Assembly (NCBI GenBank): GCA_046598345.1
Contig: JBKJIT010000004.1
Coordinates: 329,226-393,225 of the forward strand
DNA from: Minisyncoccia bacterium
GTDB lineage: Bacteria; Patescibacteriota; Minisyncoccia; Phycocordibacterales; UBA918
Reading direction: 5' to 3'
DNA: 64,000 bases
Shown here in pieces: positions 27,881 through 37,293 of this stretch. Both the position numbers and the translations under genes were made by a program. Position 1 is the first letter of the stretch, and the number at the start of each line of letters is the position of its first letter. The notes beneath the pieces were generated by a model. The model did not search any database and had not been told where the DNA came from. It was given only the letters and a program-made list of their open reading frames with translations.

Positions 27881-29995
27881 ATGAAAAAGTTACTCGTCAG
27901 CTGTTTGCTTTTATTAGTTGTTGCACAAACTATTACTCATACACCATTGCTCTTTGCACAAGGAGATGATGGGGGTGGCAGTGATGGCGCTCAGGGCACT
28001 GGAGCGGATTCAAGTGGCACGTCAGGAAGTAGTGGTAGCGACGGAGGCAACGCAGCGGGCTCAACTGCAGCTGGAGCGGCAAGTACGAGTGGCGGAGATT
28101 CAGGATCAGGTGATGGAACTACTGGCAATGGGGCAGGAAGTAGTTCTTGTGACAATTGCTTTATAACCAAATTTCTTACCTATAAAACACGGGATTTCCA
28201 GGTACTCATTTTACAAAAGTTCCTGAACTTAGATTCACGAACTGCACTTAAAGTTGCCGCCGGTTCTGAGGGTTCTCCGGGTAAGGAAACTGATTACTTC
28301 GGACCAGCTACTGTAGACGCGGTACAGCGATTTCAAATGCTGCAGGCGTGTACAAATACAGATGGAGTGTATGGTGATGTAGATGGCTGCACACGACTGA
28401 AAATTAATGAAATGATTGCCGCAAATCCTGCCTTCAAAGCGGTAGTGGAGAAGCTCTATGCTGATTACGCCAAAGTCTACATCATTGCTCCTACAGGAAG
28501 CTCTGCAAGTAATAACGGGGTCTGTACAGAAGTCGGGAAGCCACTTACCGTTGCCTATAGTTGGCAAAATAATGCACCGGTAATGACCGGGGTTCAAGTC
28601 AAGATAATTCAGCGTTTCCTAAATGTAAAAGGTTTCCCTGTTGCTGCGTCGGGTGATGGATCAATGGGGCGCGAAACAGAAAATTATGGACGCCTCACCG
28701 CAGTTGCTGTTGAGCAATTTCAGAAAAGCCCACAGTACCAGGCTCTATACCCTGGATACGAAGGACTTGGTATCATGACGAGCTGCACGAGACGATTTAT
28801 GAATGATGCTATAAGCAAAGATACGGCGCTCCGTGCTTACGTGCAGAGCGTGTACGGTGGCTCGAATGCATATACTGAACTCCCTACCAACTCTTCAGGA
28901 AGTGGAGTGAATGTACCTGAGATTTGTACTGCGACAATAACAACGCCTATGAGTGAGGGTAGCTGTGATGCAGGCCTAGCAAATGCAAGTTGTACTCGGT
29001 ATGTGTCTGGGAGAGGTGTCTCTGTTCTACAACGACACCTTATGGACACCCGTGCACTCACCGGGATTACCTCTCCAACTGGACTCTTTGGCCCACTTAC
29101 CGCAGGAGCTGTTGCCACTATTCGGACAGGAGCAGAGTCAATTATTCAAGTTGAGAGTACCTATTCAGATTCACTTGTCGATACTGATTCAAAAGTACTC
29201 GATGGGAAAAAGCTTGAAGCACTTCGGGAGACTGCAAACTGTCCCTCCGGTGCGACAACCGGTGTCATCCAAAGTGCTGCCGGATCAGGATCCAGTCCTG
29301 TTTTAACAGCTGTACCTCCCGCTAATCAGTCGAGTGTTGCATCGACTCCACACAATGTAGGCGACACCTGTATTCCTGGAGACAAAGGATTCACACCCAT
29401 GGGATTGCGCGTGATCTGTAGTGAAGACAGATACTACGTCCTCTGTAGTTTTGGTCCTCAAACGAACATCGACATTGGAACCTATGCAGCCTGGTGCATT
29501 GATAAAAACCCAGCTCAAAAAATTGCTGAGCTAAGCGTCAATCCGCCCGATGGAACATGTCCAGCTGGAGCCTCTTTCTGTAAAAGCATTAAAATCGCCT
29601 CACTCCCAAGTGGCATAAGTTCTGTCTATGTATTTAGACGTGATGCAGAGCGTTTCCCAACTAAAGGCGGTGCCTGGTTTATGATTGCTGCTCGTGAGGG
29701 CGATACGGACCTTGCTGACTTCCCCATTGTTCCTAGTGGAGCGTACTCTGTCTCATTCGAGCTATACACGAGTATTGGATATAATGCCGGAAACTCTCCT
29801 GTCGGAAGTCCGCTTGCGAGTGTGCGTGTAAACGTTGACGAACCAGAAGAAGGTGACGTGTGTGTTCCTCCGTACACCACCGTTGATAGTGGAGGTAATC
29901 GAATGATCTGTGACACGTCCGTCAGTCCCTCCAAATATCTTATCTGTGGATTTGGGGCGCTGAGTTCTGCACAATTTGCGCTTTGTAATCAGTAG
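27881..29995 (+). CDS. Secreted 704-aa protein: Gly/Ser-rich N-region, two to three peptidoglycan-binding-like modules, Cys-rich C-terminal domains
   Basis: Signal peptide, (G/S/D/A)-rich low complexity, DYFGPATVDAVQRFQ, NYGRLTAVAVEQFQKS and GLFGPLTAGAVATIR (PG_binding_1-like). Confidence 0.7.
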   Translation: MKKLLVSCLLLLVVAQTITHTPLLFAQGDDGGGSDGAQGTGADSSGTSGSSGSDGGNAAGSTAAGAASTSGGDSGSGDGTTGNGAGSSSCDNCFITKFLTYKTRDFQVLILQKFLNLDSRTALKVAAGSEGSPGKETDYFGPATVDAVQRFQMLQACTNTDGVYGDVDGCTRLKINEMIAANPAFKAVVEKLYADYAKVYIIAPTGSSASNNGVCTEVGKPLTVAYSWQNNAPVMTGVQVKIIQRFLNVKGFPVAASGDGSMGRETENYGRLTAVAVEQFQKSPQYQALYPGYEGLGIMTSCTRRFMNDAISKDTALRAYVQSVYGGSNAYTELPTNSSGSGVNVPEICTATITTPMSEGSCDAGLANASCTRYVSGRGVSVLQRHLMDTRALTGITSPTGLFGPLTAGAVATIRTGAESIIQVESTYSDSLVDTDSKVLDGKKLEALRETANCPSGATTGVIQSAAGSGSSPVLTAVPPANQSSVASTPHNVGDTCIPGDKGFTPMGLRVICSEDRYYVLCSFGPQTNIDIGTYAAWCIDKNPAQKIAELSVNPPDGTCPAGASFCKSIKIASLPSGISSVYVFRRDAERFPTKGGAWFMIAAREGDTDLADFPIVPSGAYSVSFELYTSIGYNAGNSPVGSPLASVRVNVDEPEEGDVCVPPYTTVDSGGNRMICDTSVSPSKYLICGFGALSSAQFALCNQ

Positions 29996-30005
29996 AGGGA
30001 GAAAG

Positions 30006-30044
30006 TATAAACACCCGCCGGGCGAAGCCCGGCGGGTGTTTATA
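30006..30044. terminator. Bidirectional hairpin terminator / dispersed hairpin repeat (family member 2, inverted)
   Basis: tataaacacccgccgggc-gaag-cccggcgggtgtttata followed by a T-rich run. Confidence 0.55.
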
Positions 30045-30072
30045 CTTTTATTTTTCCCTGTTTTCTCCTCCC

Positions 30073-30498
30073 TTATTTTATATACACCGTCGCGAGCACA
30101 CCAAGTGTCACCAACGTACCACCGAGCACGTTTCCAAGCGTTGGTTTCTCAGCAAGAAATACAAACGCAAGAATGATTGTGAGTGCAATCGAGAGTTTAT
30201 CAATAGGCGCAACACGCGATACTTCCCCGAGTTGAAGTGCCTTATAATAAAACATCCACGAGAGTCCTGTTGCTAGAGCAGAGAGAAAAATAAAGATGTA
30301 TGAAAACTTGGAAATCTTAAACATGTCCGCCCAATTTCCCTGAATGAGCACAATACCCCATGCAAAAACCACAATAACAATTGTACGTAGCGCAACTGCT
30401 AGATTACTATCAACTCCCTTGATGCCAATCTTGCCGAAAATCGCAACAAGCGAAGCGAAGACTGCAGATAAAAGTGCGTACACTGCCCAACTCATCAA
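30073..30498 (-). CDS. Small EamA-like / DMT-superfamily membrane transporter (4 TM)
   Basis: 141 aa, 4 predicted TM helices, EamA-type motifs (FGKIGIKGVDS...YKALQLGEVSRVAPIDKLS). Confidence 0.65.
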   Translation of the reverse strand: MMSWAVYALLSAVFASLVAIFGKIGIKGVDSNLAVALRTIVIVVFAWGIVLIQGNWADMFKISKFSYIFIFLSALATGLSWMFYYKALQLGEVSRVAPIDKLSIALTIILAFVFLAEKPTLGNVLGGTLVTLGVLATVYIK

Positions 30499-30679
30499 GA
30501 AAGTATACCGTACTTATAACCCGTCAGACAGGTACTGTGTGAAATTGCAAGAAGACCGTATAAAAGCGTGATACGTGGTATTGACATGTGTAATAAGTGG
30601 TGTACCACAGGGTAACCCTGTGTCTATAGAGCGTTTGAGTGTCGCAATCAACGAAGGAGATGGCGGCTTAGTGTAAGTC

Positions 30680-31252
30680 CTAACGGTCTGGGTAGATTTG
30701 ACGATGTCCCGACCCATCATCCGGTCCAATTACTCCACGTTCTTCTAAAAGATCCATCAACGCTCCCGCACGAGATGAGCCAATATTAAATTTTCGCTGT
30801 AAGAAAGAGACAGAGACTTTTTTTGTTGTTACAACAACTTGCCTAGCCTCCTCATAGAGATTCTCAAGCTGCATATCCTTAGACCACGGTGAAGGAATTC
30901 CGCCTGGCTCAGTGCGACCATAAATTTCTCGTTCCACATCCATAAGTACCGTTATTCCAACCATTTGTTCATTCGGAATAGGTGCAATAATTTCAACTTT
31001 CTTATTTTCAAGTGCAAAACGTAGATCATCTTCAAAGCTGCGGATCACATGCATGCGCACCGGCATAGTGGGCCGAACAAAGAAACACAATCCATCAGGG
31101 AAGATCTTTACTTCTTGAATTTCGATGGAGACGCCAAACGCATCAAAAGTGTTACGGACTATGGCAGAAAGTTCATTCAGCCGTATTTCCGGATGATGCT
31201 TTGCGATGACTTCTACACTATTCGTCTTCTGCCTCATACAGCAATTATACAC
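30680..31252 (-). CDS. FtsK-like protein with alpha and gamma (winged-helix, KOPS-reader) domains but no ATPase motor domain
   Basis: FGVSIEIQEVKIFPDG..RMHVIRSFEDDLRFAL..IIAPIPNEQMVGITV (FtsK alpha-like), then VSVSFLQRKFNIGSSRAGALMDLLEERGVIGP (FtsK gamma signature). Confidence 0.6.
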   Translation of the reverse strand: MYNCCMRQKTNSVEVIAKHHPEIRLNELSAIVRNTFDAFGVSIEIQEVKIFPDGLCFFVRPTMPVRMHVIRSFEDDLRFALENKKVEIIAPIPNEQMVGITVLMDVEREIYGRTEPGGIPSPWSKDMQLENLYEEARQVVVTTKKVSVSFLQRKFNIGSSRAGALMDLLEERGVIGPDDGSGHRQIYPDR

Positions 31253-31360
31253 CTTCGCTTTTTATGCAAACGCGTAAGTCAGAAAAGTGTTTATAACTTA
31301 CCTCCCATTGTCAAAAAATATATTGAGATTCCTTGTTTTTATCTTTCCACAGTCTTCGCA

Positions 31361-31834
31361 TCATGAAGATGAAGTAAGTACAAATCTGAGTCTTTTCTTG
31401 GCCCATTCTTTTGCGTATCCCACTCCAATTCGTGGAGTTCGGTGAATTCTTACGGTCGTTTCTTTCTTTGGTTCTTCAATCCACAAACCTGTCATCCGCC
31501 CAAGTTTTCTACCATTCAAGCTCCGCGTAATGCCGAGCCCTCGAGTGAGTTTTCCTGGTCCATCGTATGGACCTACGCCTCGAATAAGTACCGCTGCGGG
31601 GTACTCCTTTCTACTCGTCACTACATTGAGGAGTTCGTACATTCCGTAGATAAGGTACACATAGATCGTTCCCGCTTCGCTGTAGAGCGTCTCCGTGCGT
31701 TTGGTACGCCCTTTTGATGCGTGGCAGGCCAGGTCGTGCGGACCCATGTACGCTTCTGTTTCGGTGATGATGTGCCGTTCTATCTTTCCCTCCTTTTTCA
31801 CACAGATAATCATACCGAGTAGCTCTCTCGCCAC
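31361..31834 (-). CDS. DNA-3-methyladenine glycosylase (Mpg/AAG family)
   Basis: ARELLGMIICV...ERHIITETEAYMGPHDLACHASKGRTKRTE..AGTIYVYLIYGMYELLNVV..AVLIRGV. Confidence 0.8.
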   Translation of the reverse strand: MARELLGMIICVKKEGKIERHIITETEAYMGPHDLACHASKGRTKRTETLYSEAGTIYVYLIYGMYELLNVVTSRKEYPAAVLIRGVGPYDGPGKLTRGLGITRSLNGRKLGRMTGLWIEEPKKETTVRIHRTPRIGVGYAKEWAKKRLRFVLTSSS

Positions 31835-31915
31835 AATGTCTGCGGGGACGATTAAAAAACGGGTCTGTAAGTATGACCATATGCTGAGACTATACCAAAG
31901 AGAAACCTAAGAAGA

Positions 31916-32188
31916 CTATTCAGCAGGTTGTGGCTCTGTAGCGACAATAGTTGGAGTAGACTCCAATACTTCCTTCTTCTTTCCTCTTACCCTCTCCACC
32001 ACCCGATCAACAAACAAGAGTCGGATTCCAAATAGTTCAAGTCCGAGTACGAGAAAAATAATGCCTGGCATGATTGGCATGATGAGCCCCAATACACCCC
32101 CTACAATCAAGAGGACTCCGGCGATTCGCCTGAGTGTGGGACGGTCCAAAGTGTATTGTTTAGCTCTTTTATACATGTTGTTAACCAA
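31916..32188 (-). CDS. Small membrane protein (hypothetical)
   Basis: 90 aa, two TM helices (LLIVGGVLGLIMPIMPGIIFLVLGLELFGI). Confidence 0.4.
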   Translation of the reverse strand: MVNNMYKRAKQYTLDRPTLRRIAGVLLIVGGVLGLIMPIMPGIIFLVLGLELFGIRLLFVDRVVERVRGKKKEVLESTPTIVATEPQPAE

Positions 32189-32269
32189 GGTGACGGTAAG
32201 GTACTTCCTTTCTTACCAAGTATGCCCTTATAACGTGAAAAAGTTGAAAAAGTAACACTTTTTTCGTTT

Positions 32270-32728
32270 TTGCTCTATACTTTCCTTCGGAAAAACAAAC
32301 CGGGGATGGAGGTTAGCATGAAGAGCTGGGTCATTCTGGAAGTTTTAGGAGCAAAGCATGTTCGGCTACTTACCGCTCTCGCTGAATATTGGGGTGGGCG
32401 AACCAAGTTAAAACCACAGATCCAAGAGCTACGCGACTGGATTAGGTTTCACTACCACAAGGAATATTCTGGGAGGACGCTTGATCGTCTTGGAATGGAA
32501 CTGCAATTTCTTGGCCTCATTCGATGTGTTCACCTGGGGCCAAGCGCAATAATCCTGTGCATCACCAGAGAGGGCTGCGAGGTACTGAAACGCATTAGAC
32601 ATCTTAACCAGATTTACCGACTGTATGGCATCATGCCTAACCCATGGATGAAGTACTTACGCGCGAGTGAAAGTCCGAACATTCCTATCAAACGGACTTC
32701 AGACCACACTATTACCCATTCCTCATAA
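32270..32728 (+). CDS. Hypothetical protein, possibly winged-helix
   Basis: 152-aa ORF. No firm domain. Confidence 0.35.
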   Translation: MLYTFLRKNKPGMEVSMKSWVILEVLGAKHVRLLTALAEYWGGRTKLKPQIQELRDWIRFHYHKEYSGRTLDRLGMELQFLGLIRCVHLGPSAIILCITREGCEVLKRIRHLNQIYRLYGIMPNPWMKYLRASESPNIPIKRTSDHTITHSS

Positions 32729-32742
32729 CCTTGGCGCCTTCT

Positions 32743-33165
32743 CTAAGAAGGCGCTTTTTGTTCCTCCGGTCCCACCCACATAAACGGGTTGTAGCACACC
32801 TCCCACAGGAACCCATCAGGATCTGAAAAATATCCTGTAAAACCACCCCATGACGTATCTGCTGGCTCGCGCGTAATTACAACTCCCTTCTTCCGGATCA
32901 TTTCGAAAAACTGTTCAACTTCCTCTTTTGAAGCAAGATTGTGGGAAAGCGAAAAGGTGCCCGTGCCCAATCGTTCGGTTCTTGCTTCTTCCATGAGTTC
33001 CTCTTTTTTGAAAAGACTAAGCCAGGTCCCACGGAGTTCAAAAAATGCCACGCTGCCTTCAACACTATTCGGACTAAGTACCAGTCCAAGCACATCAGTA
33101 TAAAATTCCACTGAACGACGCACATCTCCTACCCCTAACGTGATCAAGCTTATACGTGGATCCAT
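32743..33165 (-). CDS. Glyoxalase/bleomycin-resistance (VOC) family protein
   Basis: ISLITLGVGDVRRSVEFYTDVLGL...FSDPDGFLWEV. Confidence 0.75.
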   Translation of the reverse strand: MDPRISLITLGVGDVRRSVEFYTDVLGLVLSPNSVEGSVAFFELRGTWLSLFKKEELMEEARTERLGTGTFSLSHNLASKEEVEQFFEMIRKKGVVITREPADTSWGGFTGYFSDPDGFLWEVCYNPFMWVGPEEQKAPS

Positions 33166-33192
33166 ATCTAATAAGTATAGGTGATTGCTGTA

Positions 33193-35031
33193 TTATTTTC
33201 TACGCATCGAATCCTCATTGCTTGTAAATGCCTCTAGAAAAAACGCAACAGACTTTTGGAGGAGTTTTTTCTGGTTTGCGGGATTACTAATCCCGTGCCC
33301 CTCATCATTAAACACTAACTTCTCATAGAGAATTCCTTCTGCTTGTAACTTCGCTTCAACTACCGCCACGTTTTCCATGGTTACATTCGGATCCTGGAGA
33401 CCCTGCACAATAAGAAGTTTCCCTTCAATGTTTTCCGTGAAATTAATAGGCGAAGCGTTTTTATACCGTAGAGGCACGTCCGTAGGTGAACCTCCCATCA
33501 TCTCTTCACTGTAATTCCTGAGATCGGGTCGCGTTGATTCATAATCAACTACGAGATCGGTCATTCCACAGATCGGAATTGCTGCAGCAATAAACTCCTT
33601 CTTGAAGTGCGTAATTGCGTGCCACGAGGAATATCCGCCGTACGATGTACCAGTGATCCCCACTTTCCCTTCCTCAGCAATTCCATCCTCTATGAGGGAC
33701 TTAATGCCTAGAAGTATGTCGGTTTGCTCCTTCCCTCCCCATCCCTCTTCTTTTATTGATTCTTCAAATGCGAGCCCGTATCCCGTACTGCCGCGATAGT
33801 TAGGATCGAGAACCACAAACCCTTCTGAAACAAAATACTGAATGTCGAGATCCCACATATCTTCACTGTGATACGTGGGGCCGCCATGCACAAATACGAT
33901 CGTACCCACTGCTGTTCCCTTCGGTTGGTACAACCATCCTTCAATTGGCAGACCATCAATACCACTCCAACTGTATTTTTCGGCCTTCGCTAAATCCTCG
34001 GCTGCATATTCCACGCGGTCAAAGACCCGAGTAAGTGAGCGCACGATTTCACTATCACGGTGTACCACGAGGTCAGTGGGCAATGTGGAATGATAGCGGA
34101 GACTAATCCATGTACGCGGTGCCAGTTCACCGAGTGGTGAAATCGTGCGCAAACCTTGAAGTGTCTCTTCTTCAAGCGTAGCAGGATCGATCAGGATAGG
34201 TGTGTGCTCTCCGTGCGTTAATACGTCAATGAGTACCTGCTCAGAGCCCGTAGGTACGTACGCATCTTCAATGTTTCGTGTTGGATCATCCTGAATCCAC
34301 ACTATTGAACTGTCTGAAAGTTTCCATAATCCTACTTTGCGATGGGTATCTGCCTCAACAAGAAAAACCACTTCCTTTCCATTTGGGTGCCACGAAGCAC
34401 TCACCTTGATGTCATCACCAAAATTAAGAATCTCACGATCTTCTTTTCCTTCGATATCAACGAGCCAAATCTGTTCTCCATTCGCATGAAGATCATTTCG
34501 CTCGTAGATAATGTGTGTCCCACCTTGATTGAGTTCGGGCCACATGTATCCTGGCTTCTCTGGTCGCGCGAGTACCGTTCGCGTTCCCGTCACGAGATCA
34601 TGTTTGTACACCAAGGTTGATTCAATTTCTTGTTTTGTTTCAAAATCATAGTTTGCACCGTACACAAGGAAGCGTCCGTCTCTAGTAATTTGCCCACCAC
34701 GTACAAAGTACTCAGGATGTTCTTCATTGAGTGGAGTGACTGTGCCGGTCAGAACCTCAACAGTATAGAGACGATGTCGTTCATCTCCATCATAGTCATG
34801 ACTTACGACGAGAGTTTGGTTATCTTCAGTCCAGGAAATGATAGATGTTTTTTGTCCAAAATCGGTGAGTCTGCGTGGAGCTTCCACTATGTCAGTGCGC
34901 GCTACGTATGCATCCGGATGTTCACCAATTCCTGCCCAGACCCATGCAACCTGGGCACAATCATGGCTTACCATTGCCTGCGAAAGCCTCGGGGTCTTGA
35001 GAAGCGCGTCAAGTGTGTTGGATTTTTCCAT
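33193..35031 (-). CDS. S9-family serine peptidase (prolyl oligopeptidase / acylaminoacyl-peptidase type) with N-terminal beta-propeller
   Basis: IVFVHGGP, GITGTSYGGY (GxSxGG nucleophile), LIVQGLQDPNV, DEGHG (catalytic His). Confidence 0.85.
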   Translation of the reverse strand: MEKSNTLDALLKTPRLSQAMVSHDCAQVAWVWAGIGEHPDAYVARTDIVEAPRRLTDFGQKTSIISWTEDNQTLVVSHDYDGDERHRLYTVEVLTGTVTPLNEEHPEYFVRGGQITRDGRFLVYGANYDFETKQEIESTLVYKHDLVTGTRTVLARPEKPGYMWPELNQGGTHIIYERNDLHANGEQIWLVDIEGKEDREILNFGDDIKVSASWHPNGKEVVFLVEADTHRKVGLWKLSDSSIVWIQDDPTRNIEDAYVPTGSEQVLIDVLTHGEHTPILIDPATLEEETLQGLRTISPLGELAPRTWISLRYHSTLPTDLVVHRDSEIVRSLTRVFDRVEYAAEDLAKAEKYSWSGIDGLPIEGWLYQPKGTAVGTIVFVHGGPTYHSEDMWDLDIQYFVSEGFVVLDPNYRGSTGYGLAFEESIKEEGWGGKEQTDILLGIKSLIEDGIAEEGKVGITGTSYGGYSSWHAITHFKKEFIAAAIPICGMTDLVVDYESTRPDLRNYSEEMMGGSPTDVPLRYKNASPINFTENIEGKLLIVQGLQDPNVTMENVAVVEAKLQAEGILYEKLVFNDEGHGISNPANQKKLLQKSVAFFLEAFTSNEDSMRRK

Positions 35032-35070
35032 AAGGGAAACATCTTAGCACTTTTTTCTCGATATTCACTT

Positions 35071-35111
35071 CTAGACACACCGGTCGCGACTTCGTCGCGA
35101 CCGGTGTGTCT
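35071..35111 (-). repeat. Hairpin repeat family member 3 (18-bp perfect stem, TTCG loop)
   Basis: tagacacaccggtcgcgac-ttcg-tcgcgaccggtgtgtcta. Shares the outer arms ACACACCG/CGGTGTGT and TTCG loop with 27776 and 30006. Confidence 0.6.
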
Positions 35112-35122
35112 ATCCCTCTTAC

Positions 35123-35530
35123 TTAGGAAACTGTCTCGCCTTTTAGCGCTGTGCGCATCTTGTCCCAATACATACTACGCCACGAAGCATTAACGTGTTC
35201 GTATTCCTTCGCCGGCACCCCTATTTGAGTGAGCGTGAGACGTGTTCCAATACTTGCAGGAATGATTTCATATGTCACTTGCGAATAGTGTCCCTTGGGC
35301 CAATCCTTTTCCCGCCACTTTTGGCTAATCAGCATGTCCGGCAAAAGGTCGGTGTTAATCGCTTCAATCAATCCATCGTACGCCAAAACTTCCCCACCCA
35401 TCTTCCGACTAATTTCCGCGGGCTGGCCAGAAAAGGAGGCGTGCCTATCGCTATCCATGAGGAGCTCATAGACTTCGTGTGGTGTCGCATCTCTGAATGT
35501 CACTTCCTGATAGATATCTTTTGTTACCAT
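35123..35530 (-). CDS. SRPBCC-fold protein, AHSA1 (activator of Hsp90 ATPase)-like family
   Basis: 135 aa. Overall similarity to the AHSA1/PF08327 pattern (EVTFRDATPHEVYELLMD...). Confidence 0.6.
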   Translation of the reverse strand: MVTKDIYQEVTFRDATPHEVYELLMDSDRHASFSGQPAEISRKMGGEVLAYDGLIEAINTDLLPDMLISQKWREKDWPKGHYSQVTYEIIPASIGTRLTLTQIGVPAKEYEHVNASWRSMYWDKMRTALKGETVS

Positions 35531-35731
35531 ATAGATGTATGAGTAATTAATAAAAGTAAACTACTCCAACTATAGCAGTGAGTGAAGTGAGGATCAGGTG
35601 AAGGAGATTCAACGAGCGCAAGCGACTATGAATCTCCTTCCGTCTTTAAATTTTCCCTCAAAGAAAAATTAACAGACGCACACGGTCGAACGCTTACTTG
35701 CTCAATTTCCTGACAGAGAGAACGGACTCAC

Positions 35732-36298
35732 TCAGCTTGAATAGATAAGGAGTGTATTCCCGGAAGTATACTTTCTTGTTTCCTTGAGCGTAAATGTGTG
35801 AGGATGATCGATACCATTAAAAAGTGGCGTCCCTGCGCCAATCGCAACGGGGTTTACCATAATACGAAATTCGTCCACAAGCCCAGCCTTAAGCAAACTC
35901 ACCGTAAGTTCGTTACTGCCGAATATTGCAATATCTTTGCCTACGCTATTTTTAAGACCTCGAATAGTTTCCTCAACCTGTTCGTGAATAACCGTAACAT
36001 TTGCCCACCCCGGATCAAACGCTGTGTGAGCAATAGCATATTTCTGTGTGGTAGTCATAAAATCAGCAGTGATCGGGTCGGACTGTCGTGCTTCGTATGA
36101 TGGCCAGTAATTCACCATGAGATCGTATGTACGATGTCCCATGAGAATCGCATCCGTCGTTGTCGCATGCTCTTTGACGAGTTCCTGAAACTCTGGGTTA
36201 TCTGCGTTATGCCAAGATAGATCATGACCAACACCTTCAAAATACCCATCGAGGCTAACCATCATAAAAAGATAGAGCTTTCTCATACACATAATCAT
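35732..36298 (-). CDS. Dihydrofolate-reductase-like (RibD C-terminal / YwjB) family protein
   Basis: LYLFMMVSLDGYFEG, ILMGHRTYD, IAIFGSNELTVSLLKAGLVDEFRIMVNPVAIGAGTPLF. Confidence 0.75.
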   Translation of the reverse strand: MIMCMRKLYLFMMVSLDGYFEGVGHDLSWHNADNPEFQELVKEHATTTDAILMGHRTYDLMVNYWPSYEARQSDPITADFMTTTQKYAIAHTAFDPGWANVTVIHEQVEETIRGLKNSVGKDIAIFGSNELTVSLLKAGLVDEFRIMVNPVAIGAGTPLFNGIDHPHTFTLKETRKYTSGNTLLIYSS

Positions 36299-36364
36299 AC
36301 ACCCCTCGGTGCGCTAATTGAAGGGATTCTGCAATTCTAGAAAACTGCGAACGGAGCCGGGGAT

Positions 36365-36937
36365 TTACAATCGCCCTGTGACGATACCCTCGGCCACCAC
36401 CTCATGCTGAAAGACAGTACGCACCTTTAGAAAGAGCAAACCGGACACGATAAACATCACGATCCAGAATCCATTGAGAATACTTAGCTCCCCTATAGAT
36501 CGCATTGACGTGAATTGTACTCTCAGAACGCTAAAGGCGATGACCGGAATGAGTACCTGCGTAAATGCCATTCCAAAGAGTGTATACGCCATCCCTTGTG
36601 CTTGTAAGCGCGAGAGTAAAGCACCAAAAACAAGTATGAGAGGTATAAGGAGATACAACATATTAATATCTCCGTCACCAATAATACCGACAGCAGCATT
36701 TATCCAAATAAGCAGGAATGTCGAGATAGCCGTTACAGCGATGGCAAGCTTGTATAGAGGAGGGTTATTACTGGTGAGGACCAGTGTAATAGCGAGACTC
36801 ACGAAGGAAAACATCACCCAAGCGAACACGTAGTCAAACCCACTCCACTGCCAGCCTTCGACAAAAAATGATGCTAGTAACGGCACAAGGAGGAAGCCAG
36901 TAGAAACCCCGAGTGCTCGAATAATGTTGCTTTGCAT
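36365..36937 (-). CDS. Polytopic membrane protein (hypothetical)
   Basis: 190 aa, about 6 TM helices. Confidence 0.5.
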   Translation of the reverse strand: MQSNIIRALGVSTGFLLVPLLASFFVEGWQWSGFDYVFAWVMFSFVSLAITLVLTSNNPPLYKLAIAVTAISTFLLIWINAAVGIIGDGDINMLYLLIPLILVFGALLSRLQAQGMAYTLFGMAFTQVLIPVIAFSVLRVQFTSMRSIGELSILNGFWIVMFIVSGLLFLKVRTVFQHEVVAEGIVTGRL

Positions 36938-36987
36938 ACCTTCTGTAACTCAGAGCTTTCTTGAAAGTTTTAAAACGAGACCTGATC

Positions 36988-37236
36988 TTATCGATGTGGA
37001 CATCCTGCCCAGCAACACGGTCTTCGCTTTCCTTTTACAATATCAGACTGCAATCGTTCTATATGCTTTTCTCTGGTCTCTTGCTTTTTTACCGATATAG
37101 TCCAACAGATCCATTCGTTACGAGCAAGTGGAGTCAGATCATTCCACGCTTCAAGCAATGGATGTAAAGAAACAAGTACTTTTCGGAGATCCGTTGGCAC
37201 AGTATGTGCTACGCCAGAGGAAATTTTCTGAGTCAT
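36988..37236 (-). CDS. YdeI/OmpD-associated-like small protein
   Basis: C-terminal KGKRRPCCWAGCPHR motif typical of that family. Confidence 0.45.
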   Translation of the reverse strand: MTQKISSGVAHTVPTDLRKVLVSLHPLLEAWNDLTPLARNEWICWTISVKKQETREKHIERLQSDIVKGKRRPCCWAGCPHR

Positions 37237-37293
37237 GCAATAACTATACCAAAAAACGTATTACCAGTGGTCGTACTGTCTCAGTGAAAACTT

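Noticed and set aside
34630-35193. 187-aa plus-strand ORF
   Set aside because: It is antisense to the S9 peptidase gene, which has strong catalytic motifs. It also spans the 35071 hairpin.
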